Assembly: GCA_012295275.1 (NCBI GenBank)
Contig: CM022678.1
Coordinates: forward strand, 13,454,001-13,518,000
Reading direction: 5' to 3'
Source: Chrysomallon squamiferum
Lineage: Eukaryota; Animalia; Mollusca
DNA length: 64,000 nucleotides
Shown here: positions 24,301 through 39,058 of the stretch, piece after piece
Numbering within the stretch: position 1 is the first letter of the stretch
Layout of the letters: each line of letters opens with the position of its first letter
Notes under the pieces: generated by a model
The model's input: the letters and a program-made list of their open reading frames with translations, nothing else
Databases searched by the model: none
Told to the model about the DNA's origin: nothing
Position numbers and translations under genes: made by a program

Positions 24301-27300
24301 AACATCAAGTTTGAGGTTTTCATCCACAAGGTGGACGGCCTGTCTGACGATCACAAGATAGAGACACAGAGAGACATTCACCAGCGAGCGTGTGATGACC
24401 TGGGAGACAGTGGCCTGGAGAAAGTACATTTAAGGTAAAACAGTTTTTTTAACATTTTCTTTATCTGTGAAGAAAAAATAAAATCTTATTTGCAATTTAT
24501 ATTTGATTGTTCTGGTGAGATTTTGTCATCCTGTCGTAACGTTTACTTTTTCTAACATCAACCAGACAGGCTTAACATAATCTATACATTTTTTTATTAT
24601 TATTGCACTCAAATTAACTCAGTTTCAACCAGACAGGCTTAACATAACCTATACATTTTTTTATTATTATTGCTCTCAGATTAACTCAGTTTCAACCAGA
24701 CAGGCTTAACATAATCTATACATTTTTTTATTATTATTGCTCTCAAATTAACTCAGTTTCAACCAGACAGGCTTAACATAATCTATACATTTTTTTATTA
24801 TTATTGCTCTGAAATTAACTCAGTTTCAACCAGACAGGCTTAACATAATCTATACATTTTTTTATTATTATTGCTCTCAAATTAACTCAGTTTCAAATAG
24901 TTGGAACGGCATGGAAAACAATCAGAATATATCTCAAATTGTATTAAAAGTGTATTATTTACTAATACAGAAATTCTCTTATAAAACAAAAATGTTATTT
25001 ATTACAAAGATATTTTTACTAATCTGTGACAGATAAGCAGGTTTAAAAAAACCAGGAAACAAATTTGTTTTACCCTGTTTTACATCTGTCACAGAGAAGT
25101 ACAAATTACTTTGTAAGAATATATAAATACTTTTCTTTCTCTCTTTTTGACATCATAGGGGACACTTTGTTCTAAAGTTTCTACAGTTTTTATTTGTTCT
25201 TATTTGTTTTCAGAAAGAATAGAGAATTCTATCTTTTCTTATTCTTGTGATAAATAAAATTAAGATATGAGAATCCTCATAAAGGATTTTTATTATTATT
25301 TTTTTTAATAGTCTTTATTACTATCACTTATATTATTAATATTTATTGTTATTGTTTATTATATTTATAATTTTTAAATTGTTATTACTATTATTATTAA
25401 TTAGTATTTATTATTATTTTAATTTCAGTTTCCATCTGACCAGTATTTATGATCACTCTATTTTTGAGGCATTTAGCAAAGTTGTACAAAAACTGATTCC
25501 TCAGCTGCCTGTTCTTGAGAATCTGCTGAACATGTTAATTTCAGTAAGTAGATATTTCTTAATCCTTTTGTTTAATCTTTTAATTGGGTGTCTTTTATTT
25601 TGTGACTTCTTTAGTGATATTCTTTCACCTTAATATCTTAATGAAATTTCTTTTACCTTCATTGACTGGTATGTTGCCTTTAATGACTTTTCTGGCAGCT
25701 TTAGTTACTGCATTAGTGATCATAACGAATATCTAACCCCAGCCTACCATCACATTGTAGTATCCATTATTATTATTATTATTACCAGATAACTGTGTTG
25801 GTTTGTAAAATGCAAATGTGTGTGTGTGTGTGTGTGTGTATTATTGCTATTTACCCATTTCAGTAATATTTACAATAGATAAATGACACATATGTATTAA
25901 ATGATATTTGTTAATTTCATGTTGATGGTCAAGCTGTTAACCCTGCTTGTATGTTATCTTTTTATAGCAACATTATGAACATAGTTGTTTAAATTTTTAT
26001 TAGAAGATTCTTGCAGATACTTTTTATTTTCTCAGAATTCTGGCATAGAGAAAGCATTTCTTTTTGATGTAGTAAGTAAAATATACATCGCCAATGACAG
26101 CTCCCCTGTAGACATGCAGTGCTATGAGCTGTGTTGTGACATGATTGATGTTGTCATCGATGTGTCATGCATATATGGGTAAGTAAATTATCTTCTAATG
26201 TTGACATTTTAATTTATTTATGTGTGTAACAGCAGTGAAATCAGTGAGTCTCCTGCTGTTGAGAGCTGTGAGTTGAATCAGTTAATTTGATAATTTTGTA
26301 TTGTTTAGGATTGCAGGATAAAATAAATATCTAGTTAATGTGTTAAAATATCAGTGTTATCCTGCATGTGTTCAATGGCCTCATGAAGCTTGCAGAGTCT
26401 TGATGCTTCAGATCCTTGTTTGTGTAGTTAACAATGACCAGCAGAAACCAGTTATTTCTCCACACATACATACAAAAACATTATATTATACAGATTTTGC
26501 TATCTTAGCTTGGAGCTGTTGCATATCACAAACACACACACATACACATAATTTAATAATTTAATGTTTAAATTTTAATTTTTAAACCTTAGGTTATTTG
26601 TATTCTTTTATTTTTTTTATTTTTTTATTTTTTGTTTTTGTTTGCTTTAACAATCAATTTTTGCTAATAATAAAGCTTGATAAAACAGTTACAAGTTTTT
26701 GTATCTCTTATGACAATGATAATGCTAATGCTAATGATGATGATAATGATAATTATTATCATTATTACTTATCATAGCTGTAGAAAATGAAGTGAAGAAA
26801 ATTCAAGCATTTTTATATCCACAGTGATTGTAACTGTTCGTTGCCATACTTTATTATTAGCAAACATTGTGTCTAAGACTTTATATGAAATGTAATAAGG
26901 GATTTGGTAAAGAAGTAGTGTCACCTCTAATTGTTTTCATAGAGAATCTGTACGTGTGTCTTCTGTCACAAGAGAATGCAGGTTCGTAAATCTCCTTTAG
27001 AACCTGTGGTTTAAGGACATTGGTATTACCTGTACTCTTGATTAAGGGCATTGGTATTACCTGTACTCTTGATTAAGGGCATCTCAGGAATGCATGCTTA
27101 TTTAACATATAATTCTATAATAGCTAGGATGTGAGGAATTTTACTTCGCTTGTATTTATAGTCTCCTTATATCTGTTTCTTTTATAAAATAATTTCAAAG
27201 TTTCAATTTACAAATAACCTTATATACTTTCTTACTTATTTTATTATCACTGGCTGCAACCTTTTCTGATAATAAAGTATGACAGTAAATAGACTGATAT

Positions 27301-28937
27301 GGAGCACAGTAGCTGACTTTGAATTGAGACATTATTTTGAACATAAAAAGGAAACATAACAGATAACATTTGTGAATTTGCCCGATTCTCAGTTTATCAG
27401 GATTTTTTATATTTATGTGTAGCTTCCGTGATTCTTGTTTTTTCTAATTATTAGTTTCAAAAACTGACACTCTTACAGTCATCTAAACAAAATGCATATT
27501 CAAATGTCTATTGGTTTTATACTACAAAAGGAATACTTTAACCCTTTGCTTGCAGTTAGCAGATATAATAAATTTTATTACCACAAAGCAGATTTACCCA
27601 GATATATGGTGGTTTATCAATAAGCAACTCTGAAATAAGAAACATTATTTGGTGGGTTTTTTTAGATAATATAAATGAAGTATTTTTTGTCCTAGTCTAT
27701 TCATACACTATTTATATTTTTATTTTCTTCAAGTTCGAATGTCTTTAATTCTTTTTCAGTAGCATAAATTTTGTCTAAATGTTACTTTAAATATCATTTG
27801 CATCTTTGTATTTGCTGTTATCTAACAAAACCACTTTTAATATTCCTTTTAATTTTTTCATTTTTGAATTAACAAAATAATTAGCGCTTTTGTTGTAAAA
27901 TAATTTCATTAATATTGGCCTGTTTGCTTAATAACAGTCATTTGTTTGCCAGTAAATATGAAGAGATTTCTCTCTGAACAGAACAAAAAAAACAACTAAA
28001 CATCCCTGTATTCTTTGCCACACCCACTATCATTGTTTTTATTAATTGTTGTTATTATTATCTATATTTTTATAATTATTACCTCTTCTTCTTATATTAC
28101 TATTACTGTTATTATTATTATTATTATTATTACTTAATTAACAAATAAAAATATTGATCACTCTGGGAGGGGCTGTTCACATTTATCACCTGAAAGTTAC
28201 AGTTTATATTTTTCAGTGTGAATGATTTAGTTTTAACCAGGTAATCATGTAATGTGTTTTCCTTTGAACTGCCATGACTTTCAATCCCTGCTTATTTTTT
28301 TATTTATTATTTTTCTTACCTGTCTTGTAATAAGCACTGACACATTTACAATTATAATGCTTACAATGTAAAGTGGTAAAACACACACACTCACACACAC
28401 AGTGTATGTATCACCATTTTCAATTTTATTATTTTGCATTTAATTTCTTTATTACTTAACTTCATTTATTTTCAGCTGTATCAATTTACTATAACAATAT
28501 ATATAAACATACATATAGAAATAAATGCATCATTATTACTAACTTTCTTTTAAAAAGAGAGAGAGAAAGAGATTAATTTTAAAAGCTAATTATTTAAGAA
28601 TTTACAAAAACGAATGAACAGTAAGATAATTAAAAAGTTGCTTTTGTCAATCCTGAATACAGATAAAAAATAACATTTAGGCACAAAATCTGAAATTCCT
28701 CCTTAAGATGGAGTAATGTCACACCCCTCTATATGTGCACAGGTTCACATCTTCCAAGCTGAACAGTAAGTAACAGTAATGTAAAAAGAAAACCCTTGTC
28801 TCCTGTTTCACGTTTGTTGTGTTGTCAAGACTTTTTTCTCAACATTCACACGCATAAATTGTTTTTTCATATCAATGATGATGATGATGAAAATTTTATT
28901 TTTATTATTATTATTATTGTTATTATTGGTGTTGTTG

Positions 28938-28993
<56 letters not shown>

Positions 28994-29231
28994 TTTGAAC
29001 AAAACATTTGAGATGACATTATTTTTAATCCAAATGATCACTAGTATTTATATAATAATACAACAATCTTCATTTATCTTTTTGAGTCTATTTGAAATAA
29101 ACAGAGTTCATTTTTTCATAGACTAAGATGTGCTGTTGTAGCTCAAAGTCATTTAATTCAGTCATGATGTTTGACTGCTTTATTTACATTAAATTATATA
29201 ATATGGTGTTTAACAATGCAATTAAATAATG

Positions 29232-29286
<55 letters not shown>

Positions 29287-30320
29287 ATTGTTTCAGACTG
29301 GTTAAATGATGTTTAACTCTGCAATTTAATGATAATTTTAATTGGATAATATTTAATGATGAGATTCAGTGGCAGATTTAATTTAATAAAGATGTTTTTT
29401 ATGATGTAATTTAATAATAATAATAATTATTATTATTTTTTTTTTGCTTTATAATTAAATAATGATGCTTAACTATGTACTAATATGCAGTTTAATAATA
29501 ATGATGTTTAACTGAAAGTTAAAAAGAATATTTATTTCTATGTGATTCAAAAATAATGTTTTGTGCTATGTAATTTAATAATTTGCTGAACTCTGTATTA
29601 AAATGTAACTGAAAGATGATGTTTAACTGTAATATATAAGAATGATGATTATGTAATTTAAGGATGATATCTATGTTATTTAAGTATGATGTCTATGTAA
29701 TTTAAGGATGATGTTTATGTAATTTAAGGATGATATTTATGTAATTTAGTAATGATGTTTATGTAATTTAGTAATGATATTTATGTAATTTAAGGATGCT
29801 GTTTATGTAATTTAAGGATGATGTTTATGTAATTTACGGATGATGCTTATGTAATTTAATGATGACTTACAGGAGCAAGGATGATGGAGCATTTGACAAC
29901 CAGTCTGCAGCTATCATCAAACTGAACACAAACACAATTCTGTACCTGAGAGAAGTGAACCGGTACCTCGCCCTTGTCTGTATTCTTAGAGAAGACAGCT
30001 TTGAAAAACAAGGTATACCCAGAGTGAGTGAGTGAGTGAGTGTGTGTGTTTGTGAGTGAGTGTGTGATTGACTGTTTTCAGTGTGTTGTAAATGAGTGAG
30101 TGTGTGTGTAAGAGTGTGAGTTTGTGTGTGAGCATATATTTCTCTTTTTTTATTTACTTTATTCATTTGTCTGTTTACAGGTTTGATAGACTACAACTTC
30201 CACTGTTTCAGAAATGCAATACAAGATGTGTTCAGTGTCAAACAGAACAGTCAGTCTTCATTAAACCAGACCACAACAGGACTTGTTCATTCTAATGGAA
30301 TTGCTGAAAAAATCAAATGA
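21358..30320 (+). CDS. RRAGC: Ras-related GTP-binding protein C/D (RagC/RagD, Gtr2 class), 9 coding exons, 370 aa
   Basis: Exons (plus): 21358-21360 (ATG only, followed by GTAAGT), 22333-22475, 23107-23201, 23483-23616, 24235-24434, 25429-25543, 26036-26178, 29873-30012, 30181-30320. The total is 1113 nt and the frame is open. Motifs: [24 protein letters not shown] (P-loop), QIWDLPGH (G3, atypical), FIHKVDGL (G4), [20 protein letters not shown] (G5) and the C-terminal roadblock region [16 protein letters not shown]...[10 protein letters not shown]. The start could alternatively be the in-frame ATG at 22339. RRAGC versus RRAGD cannot be resolved because invertebrates typically have a single RagC/D. 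Confidence 0.95.
24559..24896. repeat. 67-bp minisatellite x5 in RagC/D intron 5
   Basis: Units begin CAACCAGACAGGCTTAACATAA at 24559, 24626, 24693, 24760 and 24827. Confidence 0.95.
29640..29866. repeat. About 22-bp degenerate minisatellite (ATGATGTTTATGTAATTTAAGG) abutting the RagC/D exon 8 acceptor
   Basis: About 10 visible tandem units, with more degenerate copies extending upstream. Confidence 0.9.
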
Positions 30321-30451
30321 TGACAGTTTAATGTTAATTTAAAAACCGTAATTCTCACCTGCCAGTTATGTGCTAGAGACAGCTGTGCTTATTGGCTGAT
30401 ATAATTATGTGTTGAAAATAACATTAATTCTGATTGGTTATTCTCAGAAGC

Positions 30452-30489
<38 letters not shown>

Positions 30490-31942
30490 ACACAAAAGCA
30501 AAACATTCAGGTTGATTATTTCCAGTGAGAGCTGTCCTCATGGGTTAATATTTATAATTTAAAAGTAACATTTATTCTGATTGGTTTCCAAAATACAGTT
30601 GTTACTCATTTCTTAGGAAAAGATATTTTTTATTATTATTCTTTGAGACGTACATTCTGATTGGTGAAGCTGAATTAATTAATTTTATTACAGCCAATGA
30701 GTCTTGTCCTCACTAACGAAATCACAGATGAGTGGTATTGTATTGATTTTAGAACTTGAAGCAGAACATGGAAACAAAGAGTAAGACAAACGGACATTAA
30801 CGTCACAGAGATTCTGTGTTATACATTAATTTTTCATTTCTTTATAATTCTGTTAAAAAAATATATATGTGTGTGTGTGAGAACAATGTACATATTTCAG
30901 TGCCATATAAAGTAATTGTGTTGAACAAAAGACAGAAAATTAATTGCAGTAATGCACTACTAGTAAGAATTATGATTTTATTAAAAACTCTGATTTCATG
31001 AATAAAGGAAATGTGTTTAATTAGTGATTTATGATATTTATTGACATTATTATAATTAATATTGTTATTGGTAGTGATAATGCAGTCTTATTACTGTTGT
31101 TAATTTTGCTAGTTGCAAACAAACTGCATTAAAGTATGCAAAATAAACTTTCTGTTTCAAACAAAAATAATAACAACAATATTTTATTATATATATATAT
31201 ATATATACAAAATATATTTTTGTTTTCACCCATTAGAACTAATTAATTTAACAGTTAAAGTTTATTCAGTCAGTTAATTTTTGTTTTTATTTTAAAATCT
31301 CATTTTAACATTATTGTGAATAATTTAGAGTAATTTTACTAGTTTATTACCAAATGTTTACCTAGTCAGAATGCTCAGACACTATTTAAAACTGACATTT
31401 GAATTAATGTTGTTCAACTATATATTTATTTTAAAATAATGGTTTAAACAATAGTTTTCAAAAATGGACCAGAAAGTAAATAACTCAGTTGAAGATCTTT
31501 TTCAGTAAGTGTGTTTTTGTAAATATTGCTAATCATGTGAAAATAATGAAGAACAATTTAAAAAATTTAATTTCTGTTACTTAGTTACAAAGTTGTGATT
31601 ATGAAGTATGATTTGTCTGTGTAAGTAGGTGTGTAACTTTTCACAGTGATTATGAATTGCTATCACATTTATTTTTATTGATAGTACTAGTATTTCATTA
31701 TCATTTAGTGTTACTTTTATGATTATTATTATTATTATTATTATTACCACCAGTCTTAGTATTTTTATATTGTATTACTACTTCAAATCTAAAATAATTA
31801 TTCAATTCACAGTATAAAAATATTGACAGTAAAAATTGTAATAAAACATTAATGAGTTTTTAGTGTTTTATTTATCTTTCCTTTGCAAAAATGATTACAT
31901 AACAATAAATGACAAATTAAAATTGTTGTTATTTTAGTAAAT

Positions 31943-32000
<58 letters not shown>

Positions 32001-33001
32001 GACTAATTTTCTTTAAATCTTCATGTACAATAGTGAATTTTATAGACTTTTTTTATATTTATTCAACAATTTTCATTTTAGTCTAATTTTAGGCGTTTTA
32101 AACAGGTTAAACAGAGACTTGTATTCTGGAAGTAAAAATATTTAAGATTTAAGATTTTAAAACAAATATCAAGTTTATTTGTGATGTTTTGTTACAGTAA
32201 ATATTTCAAATATTCTAAATATGAACATTTACTAGTTTCTACAGGCATCAGATTGAATTCTGAATCGATTTCAGACAAATGCTATTGCATTAGGCTCACA
32301 TACACACACACATACACACACACACAAACATACAATATAAGTTTTTACACTGAGACGTAAATAAAATAACTTTTGCGATATGCCATGAATAGGTAAATAA
32401 AAAACAAATAAAATGTCATATGAAACACACACATATGCACGCGCCTGCCATAATGATAAGAACCTAAATAAACTTATACATTATCAATGTGTAGATAAAT
32501 AGATGTAGGTAAAAACATAAAGCGGTGATTCTGTATGTAAATACAAAACACTGTTTAGTCACTGTGTGTACAAATACACGCCCCAGACATGCCCCAGGTA
32601 CGCAGTAAAAATATTTAATATATGGTTTCCATCTCCTTGCAGTTTTATTAACGAATGTGTGGAAAAATGGAGCCATTTAAGACACAAGGCTCCAGTAACA
32701 GATGAAAATCTGTACAAGATTATTATCAGTTTCATTTATAACTGAAACAAACCTAAGGAAGATGTACTTTATTCCTAACCATTTTTACAGTAAGTTCTAT
32801 AGCCGATGCTCATGCCGATGCTGCTGCTACTTTTACTACTACTACTACTACTATTCTGCTACTTCTGCTATTACTGTCACAATATCTATAACTGTTAATG
32901 CTAATGCTACTACTTATTTTTAAAAAGCAAATATAAATAAAACATTACATCTTTCCAAATTGTAACTTTTATTTATTTATTATTTATTATATTTTATTTT
33001 A

Positions 33002-33048
<47 letters not shown>

Positions 33049-33344
33049 TAAAATCCGGCAGTAACAAATATATTTATTGCCAGTTCAACTGTCAGTTTTT
33101 GAAAGTTGTTCACTGAACAGGTAAACAAATACCAGCTTCTACCATTTCATTCAGCTCGCTGTTTGATCTTACGTTTCCAACAAACCTTTATTTTTAAAGT
33201 GACTAAAAACACTCTAGCCATAAAAAAAATAAAAAAAGAAGAAGAATAAGAATACTAGAAGATAAAAAAAATAACAAACAAAACAACAAACAACAACTAA
33301 GAAAGAAAAAAGGTAAACAAAAAAATAAAGTAATAAACAACAAC

Positions 33345-33393
<49 letters not shown>

Positions 33394-33816
33394 AATAATA
33401 ATAAAAAGAAAAGAAAATTATTTAAAAAAAATAATAATAACAAATAAATAATTTAAATACATATTAAAACAAAAAATACAAAAAATACCACAAGCTATGT
33501 TAATAAAATTCCGACAGCGCATGTAAAATTGAATATTTTTTCACTTGTCGAGAAAACACAAAGATCACATCTAGTGGTTACAAAACTGGTAAGTCTGAAT
33601 GACAGTTTTCTGTGTATTAACTAGTAAACTACTACAGAAAACTATGTGTATCTCTGTCAATATAATCCATCTATAATCTATTTTTATTTAACAAAGTGAA
33701 TAAATTTCATTTTCTAACCTTTCACAATAAAGGTGAAAAAAGGTATATAAACAAAATCAATAAATTTAAAAAAAAAAAAAAGAATACCCCACAAGCTGTG
33801 CTGTATTGTAAATAAA

Positions 33817-33956
33817 AGTCTTTTTTAATCATACTGTTTCTTTTATTCTAGGGGAGTGTCTTAGCGATTGCAGTTTATTTCAGTTTTGTGTTAAGAATGA
33901 ATCTTTCATGCTGTTCTGTTTTGTAATGCTTTTTAATTATTTGTATTGTTTTTTTA

Positions 33957-34012
<56 letters not shown>

Positions 34013-34939
34013 CGTCCCTAGAAGTTTATAGTTTAGCCATAAACGGCACCACAATTTAAAATTAATTTAACTTCTTTTAAATTTCAGAAAATCGAACCGA
34101 ACCAAATATGTACTTTAAAATAATAACTATCTTTTTAAAAAAAAAAGAATAATTATCCTTCTAACGTGAATATCAATTAATTTTATAATCACTCTAAAGA
34201 TGTACGTTTTCTTATGTATATGCAACGAAAGAATAATTTTACTACTACTACACTACTAATAATAATGTTGATAAATAAAAGAAGTTACCTCTTTTTTCAT
34301 TATATGCATAATATTCTGCTTTCTTTATAGAGATTTTTATTTTAATAGATATATATTTATTTATTTACTTCATTTGAAAATTCTTTTAAATCAATGGATA
34401 TTCAGAACGACAGATGTGTTTTACTTTCTAAATGACTAACAGATAACACAGCATCAGTTCTAAAATTAGTTTAAATTACAAGTACAAGAAGTTCACCAGT
34501 GAGAAGCACTCTGTGTGGAGGGTGGACAGACACAGCAGCAGCTTCAGCTGTACTCAGCAGTGTGAACAGAATAGTCAGATAATACTCGTCTGAATTTTAT
34601 AATTCCTAGAGATAATTTAGTTCTAGAATGTTAAGAATAAATTTGTTTTAATATTGAATAACAACAAAATAGTCTCTGAAATAATAATTTATATTAACTA
34701 ATTTCTGAACTTTTCTTTTCAATCAGAGAATTTTATGTTAGTTCCAGGTTATTTTTTTTATCAACGTTTACTCCTTGGTAAAATAACTGAAACATCAAAT
34801 AATTTAATCACACTGAATATTGACAACAGAAATCCGATTAGCAGTAAGTGATATTTTATTATGAACCTTCTCAGAGGCTTCAACTAAATAGGCCAAAACT
34901 TTTGATAAACCGAAGATTAAACTGTAGATTATATTTTTT

Positions 34940-34986
<47 letters not shown>

Positions 34987-35016
34987 TGCTTTATTATTAT
35001 TATTTTTATTTTTATT

Positions 35017-35047
<31 letters not shown>

Positions 35048-35104
35048 TAATATCTGTTCCTAAACATATGTCATTTGTATGGTTCTCAATTCAAAAATAA
35101 AAAA

Positions 35105-35136
<32 letters not shown>

Positions 35137-36215
35137 AATAACAACAACAACAACAACAATAATAATATGTAGGGTCGTATCTGAAATATTATGAGATAAG
35201 TATAACACATTTCAAAATCTGCTCTTTAAAAAATAAAAATACATAAATAAAAAAAAAAAATAAAAAAAAAATAAATAAATAACAAAAATCTTTTCACTCA
35301 TATCCTTAAAAAAACCTGTAAAATTTAGACTTCACAGTTCTAAGTAGGATTATTTTAAGAAACTGTAAATGACAATACACGTAACAATGTATATTGTCAA
35401 ATGAACTAGAAAAGCGTGTTAGAAAGCACAAAACTATTTTAAATGATTTATGTATTTCTTATTATAGGAAACTTTGTATATCTCTGTCTATATAATCTGT
35501 CTATAATAAATCAATTTTTATTTAACAAAGTGAATAAATTTCATTTTCTAACCTTTCACAATAAAGGTGAAAAAATGTATATAAAAAAGAATCAATAAAT
35601 TAAAAAAAGAAGAAGAAAAGAATACATCACAAGCTGTGCTGTATTGTAAATAAAAGGCTGACAGCCAAGTAAGATTTAGAATGTTTTTACTTGTTGACAA
35701 AACAAAGATCACAGCTACTGGTGACAAAATGGTAAGTCGGAATAACAGTTTTCTTTAGAAAACTTTGTAGAGGTATTAAGTGAAGAAATGTATTGATTAC
35801 TGACAACACTTAACTGTTTATGTTAAATATGTTAAATTCATTACGTTCAGACCTTTGTGGAATATAAAGTTTTTCTTGTTCATATCATTTGATAGTCACT
35901 GAACAATAATACAGGTTCCAGACCAATTATCTGGTGTCATGTTGTCAAGCCATCTTGCAAATATGTTTTAAATCTGCAAACATTATTCAAAGTTATAATA
36001 AAAAAAAAAAAAAAACTTTTTTCTCTTTGCAATAGACAAGACACTTTCTTAGTAATTTAAACAAATATTACAGATCTCTGTACAAAGTTTTAGTGTAAAA
36101 CAATAAAGTAAAACTGGTTTATTTACATTTGGCGTTTCTCGTCATTCTGCTGATGATAACTGGAATCGCTTTGCCTTCTTGTGGTAAGAATAATTTTACT
36201 TTTCTATATTTATCA
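33817..36215. repeat. Inverted segmental duplication arm B' (partner 2997-5153)
   Basis: Reverse complement of 2997-5153. It includes a 5' exon-like motif ending G|GTAAGT (about 35697-35737) and a signal-peptide-like exon at 36129-36183. Confidence 0.95.
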
Positions 36216-36435
36216 TGGCAGTTTTTGTGCTGGAGAGCTAAATTATGTGAACACACACACACACACACACACATTAGAACTAACGGTTCACTTAGGATGT
36301 ACGGGTACTTCTGAGTCAGTTTCTCAGTTTTATAAACACTGCGTCTTGCCGGTTATTTTGAAAATGGCACGGCTGGCACAAATCGAGCTCTGTTTGGATT
36401 TCAAACATAAACATACTTTATAAAGATTATATATA

Positions 36436-37161
36436 TTGTGGTACCTCGACTCACCTAACATATACGAGGTTTTCGATTTACGAACAGTCGCCCTCTCGAT
36501 TTTTTACTTTGAGTTACGAGCCAAAATCTGAGTTATGAGCGAGCTTCAGAGATGCCACTGCTAGTTGGTGCAATGAACACCATAACATCCGGCCAGCATC
36601 CCACGTCTCACTTGTTTACTTCACATGGTCACCTCGCCGCGGAAGCTTCTCTGTTGTGTTTGCTCACATTTTGTGAGTATTTTGCAAAATTTCTTTTTTC
36701 TGGCCATGGATCCTAAGAAATTGAGTGCAAAGATCAGTGCTGAGAAGAAGAAACGGATGATGTCCATTGAACTAAAGCTTAAAATCACAGAAAAACATGA
36801 GAGGGATGTGCACATAGTCGATTTGGCCAGCCGGTGCGAGCGTAGAAGCAGTCGATAAAGGCTGTGAACCAGCCAAAGGTGCTAAATTAATTAAAATACA
36901 TAATTTACAAAACCAATTTATTTCTTTACATTCTCTTTTATTTTGTTTTTTAACAATATTTGTCATTTTTAAATACTGTTTCCTTATTTAAAAACATGTC
37001 AAAAAAAAAAAAAAAAAAAAAACAACAATGTGATGGTTTTTGGGGGGCTGGAATGGATTTTCAATTAATTTCAGTTGGGAAAACTGATTTGATAATATGA
37101 GTAAATTGAAATACAAGCTTGGTCACGGAACGAATTAAACTCATAAGTTAAGGTACCACTG
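36436..37161 (+). mobile_element. Tigger/pogo (Tc1/mariner superfamily) internally deleted DNA transposon
   Basis: The left end is TA-ttGTGGTACCTCGACT and the right end is AGTTAAGGTACCACTG-TA (TIRs with TA target duplication). The internal frame MDPKKLSAKISAEKKKRMMSIELKLKITEKHERDVHIVDLASR matches the CENP-B/Tigger N-terminal HTH. There is no DDE domain. Confidence 0.88.
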
Positions 37162-38410
37162 TACACGTATATTCAAAATAATTTTCTGCAAATTTTGTGA
37201 CTTTGATGAGAGGATATCTGCAATATAGGGATACGTTTCATCAGTCCCATATATGTGTGTGTGTGTGTGTGTGTGTATGTGTGTGTGTGTATGTGTATTT
37301 GTGTGTATGTGTGTTTGTACAGCATTGATGATATCACTGTGGGCGTGCAGTGGTTTCTAGAAAATCCCCCTGCTCTGAACCTGTCTGTGCACTGTGTATT
37401 CAATGGAGATGTTTTTTATCTCAGCAGTCTTAAATCATCTCTTTTAGCAGCTAACGATAATTAATGTTTCACTCCTAAAGTGGTTTTTCTCCAAGTCAAG
37501 TTGTGTCAAGTGATGGCCGTGTATTGTATAATCAAACCATTTGTGTGGCGTCATTTTTAAACTAGAAATATGACTGAAAGAAATATTAAAAGTAAAAGAA
37601 GAAATGCAAATTAAAAAGACAAAGGATATGAATTTTCAGTAAAATCGGAGACAGATCGGTTTCAGTTTCCCATTAGTTGAGTGACTTGACACAGAACAAA
37701 CACACACGCACACACCCACACCCACCCACACACACACAGATACTCACTCACACCCACACCCACCCACACACACACACACTCACACCCACACACATAGACA
37801 TACACCCACACACAATGAACACACAACGAACACACACACACACACACACACACACTTATCAGTAAAACATTTCCTTCTGCATTTACATCTACCTTCTTTC
37901 TGTGTAAATGTTTTAATTAATAATAATTATAACAATTTGCAAGATGTCATGTTCATTATAAAGACGCTATCTCTAAGTTAATTTTGGTACTTTCTAGTCT
38001 GGATCCTAAATGTATCAGCATATGGAAAGAGTTCCGGTATAATCAACATTTTCATCGGTTACAAACTGATAAAAGGAGTTATTTCCCTTGTCAGTTTGTA
38101 TAAATCCGTGCAAGAGAAGTTTATGTAATCTTCAGCTGTTTTATAACACAGATAGTCAATGAAAATTGAAAACATATAAATATTATTTTAATTTTTAACT
38201 TGATTAAAAAAAAATTGAATTAGCAAATTATTATGGATCTCAAAATACCTTTTCGAGATCTGAAGAAGTCAAGAAAATGGGAGGAGCAAAGGAGATTTTA
38301 TGAGAATCTGAAAGGGTCAGGTTTCATTTTACCATTATTTGAGCAATTTGATACAAATAATATTATAATTAAAAAATTACTTCTTTTTTATGAAAAGAAA
38401 GAAATACTGA

Positions 38411-39020
38411 TAAAACACAGAGACCACATCTACTGTTACAAACAAAAGGTAAGTCTCTCTGTACAACCATTTTCTATACATTAACTTGTAAACTTTATAG
38501 ACGTATTAAGTTATTGGTAAATTAATTAATTCATTACTGACAGCATAATACTAAGCTGTTTATGTAATATATTAAATACTGAAATTCATGATAAAATATT
38601 GAAATTCCATAAATTAGAATGTGTTGTTACTAAACGTATATAATAAAAAGTACCACATCTCTTACAAACGTATTTTTAAAAAATCTTTAAATAATAACAA
38701 TAAAATAAATGAACTATTTTTACTCTGAAATAAAAACTGAAACTTAATTGCAAAATAAAAAAAAATAAAATATGTATTATACTGAGATTTAATAAAATCC
38801 AGGGCTGTTATTTACAGGTACAAATGGCGGCATTCAGTTCTGTTTTAAAACACTCATAAGTGTTTCTCGCAGTTCTGCTGATGGTGACTAAAATCACTTC
38901 GCCTGCTTGTGGTAAGAATAATTTTAATTTGTTTTTATTTCACACCTCAGTTCTTAATTCGGATTATTTAATTATGTGCAAAGATATAAACTTCACAGAA
39001 ATAATTACTAGCTCAGCACA

Positions 39021-39058
<38 letters not shown>

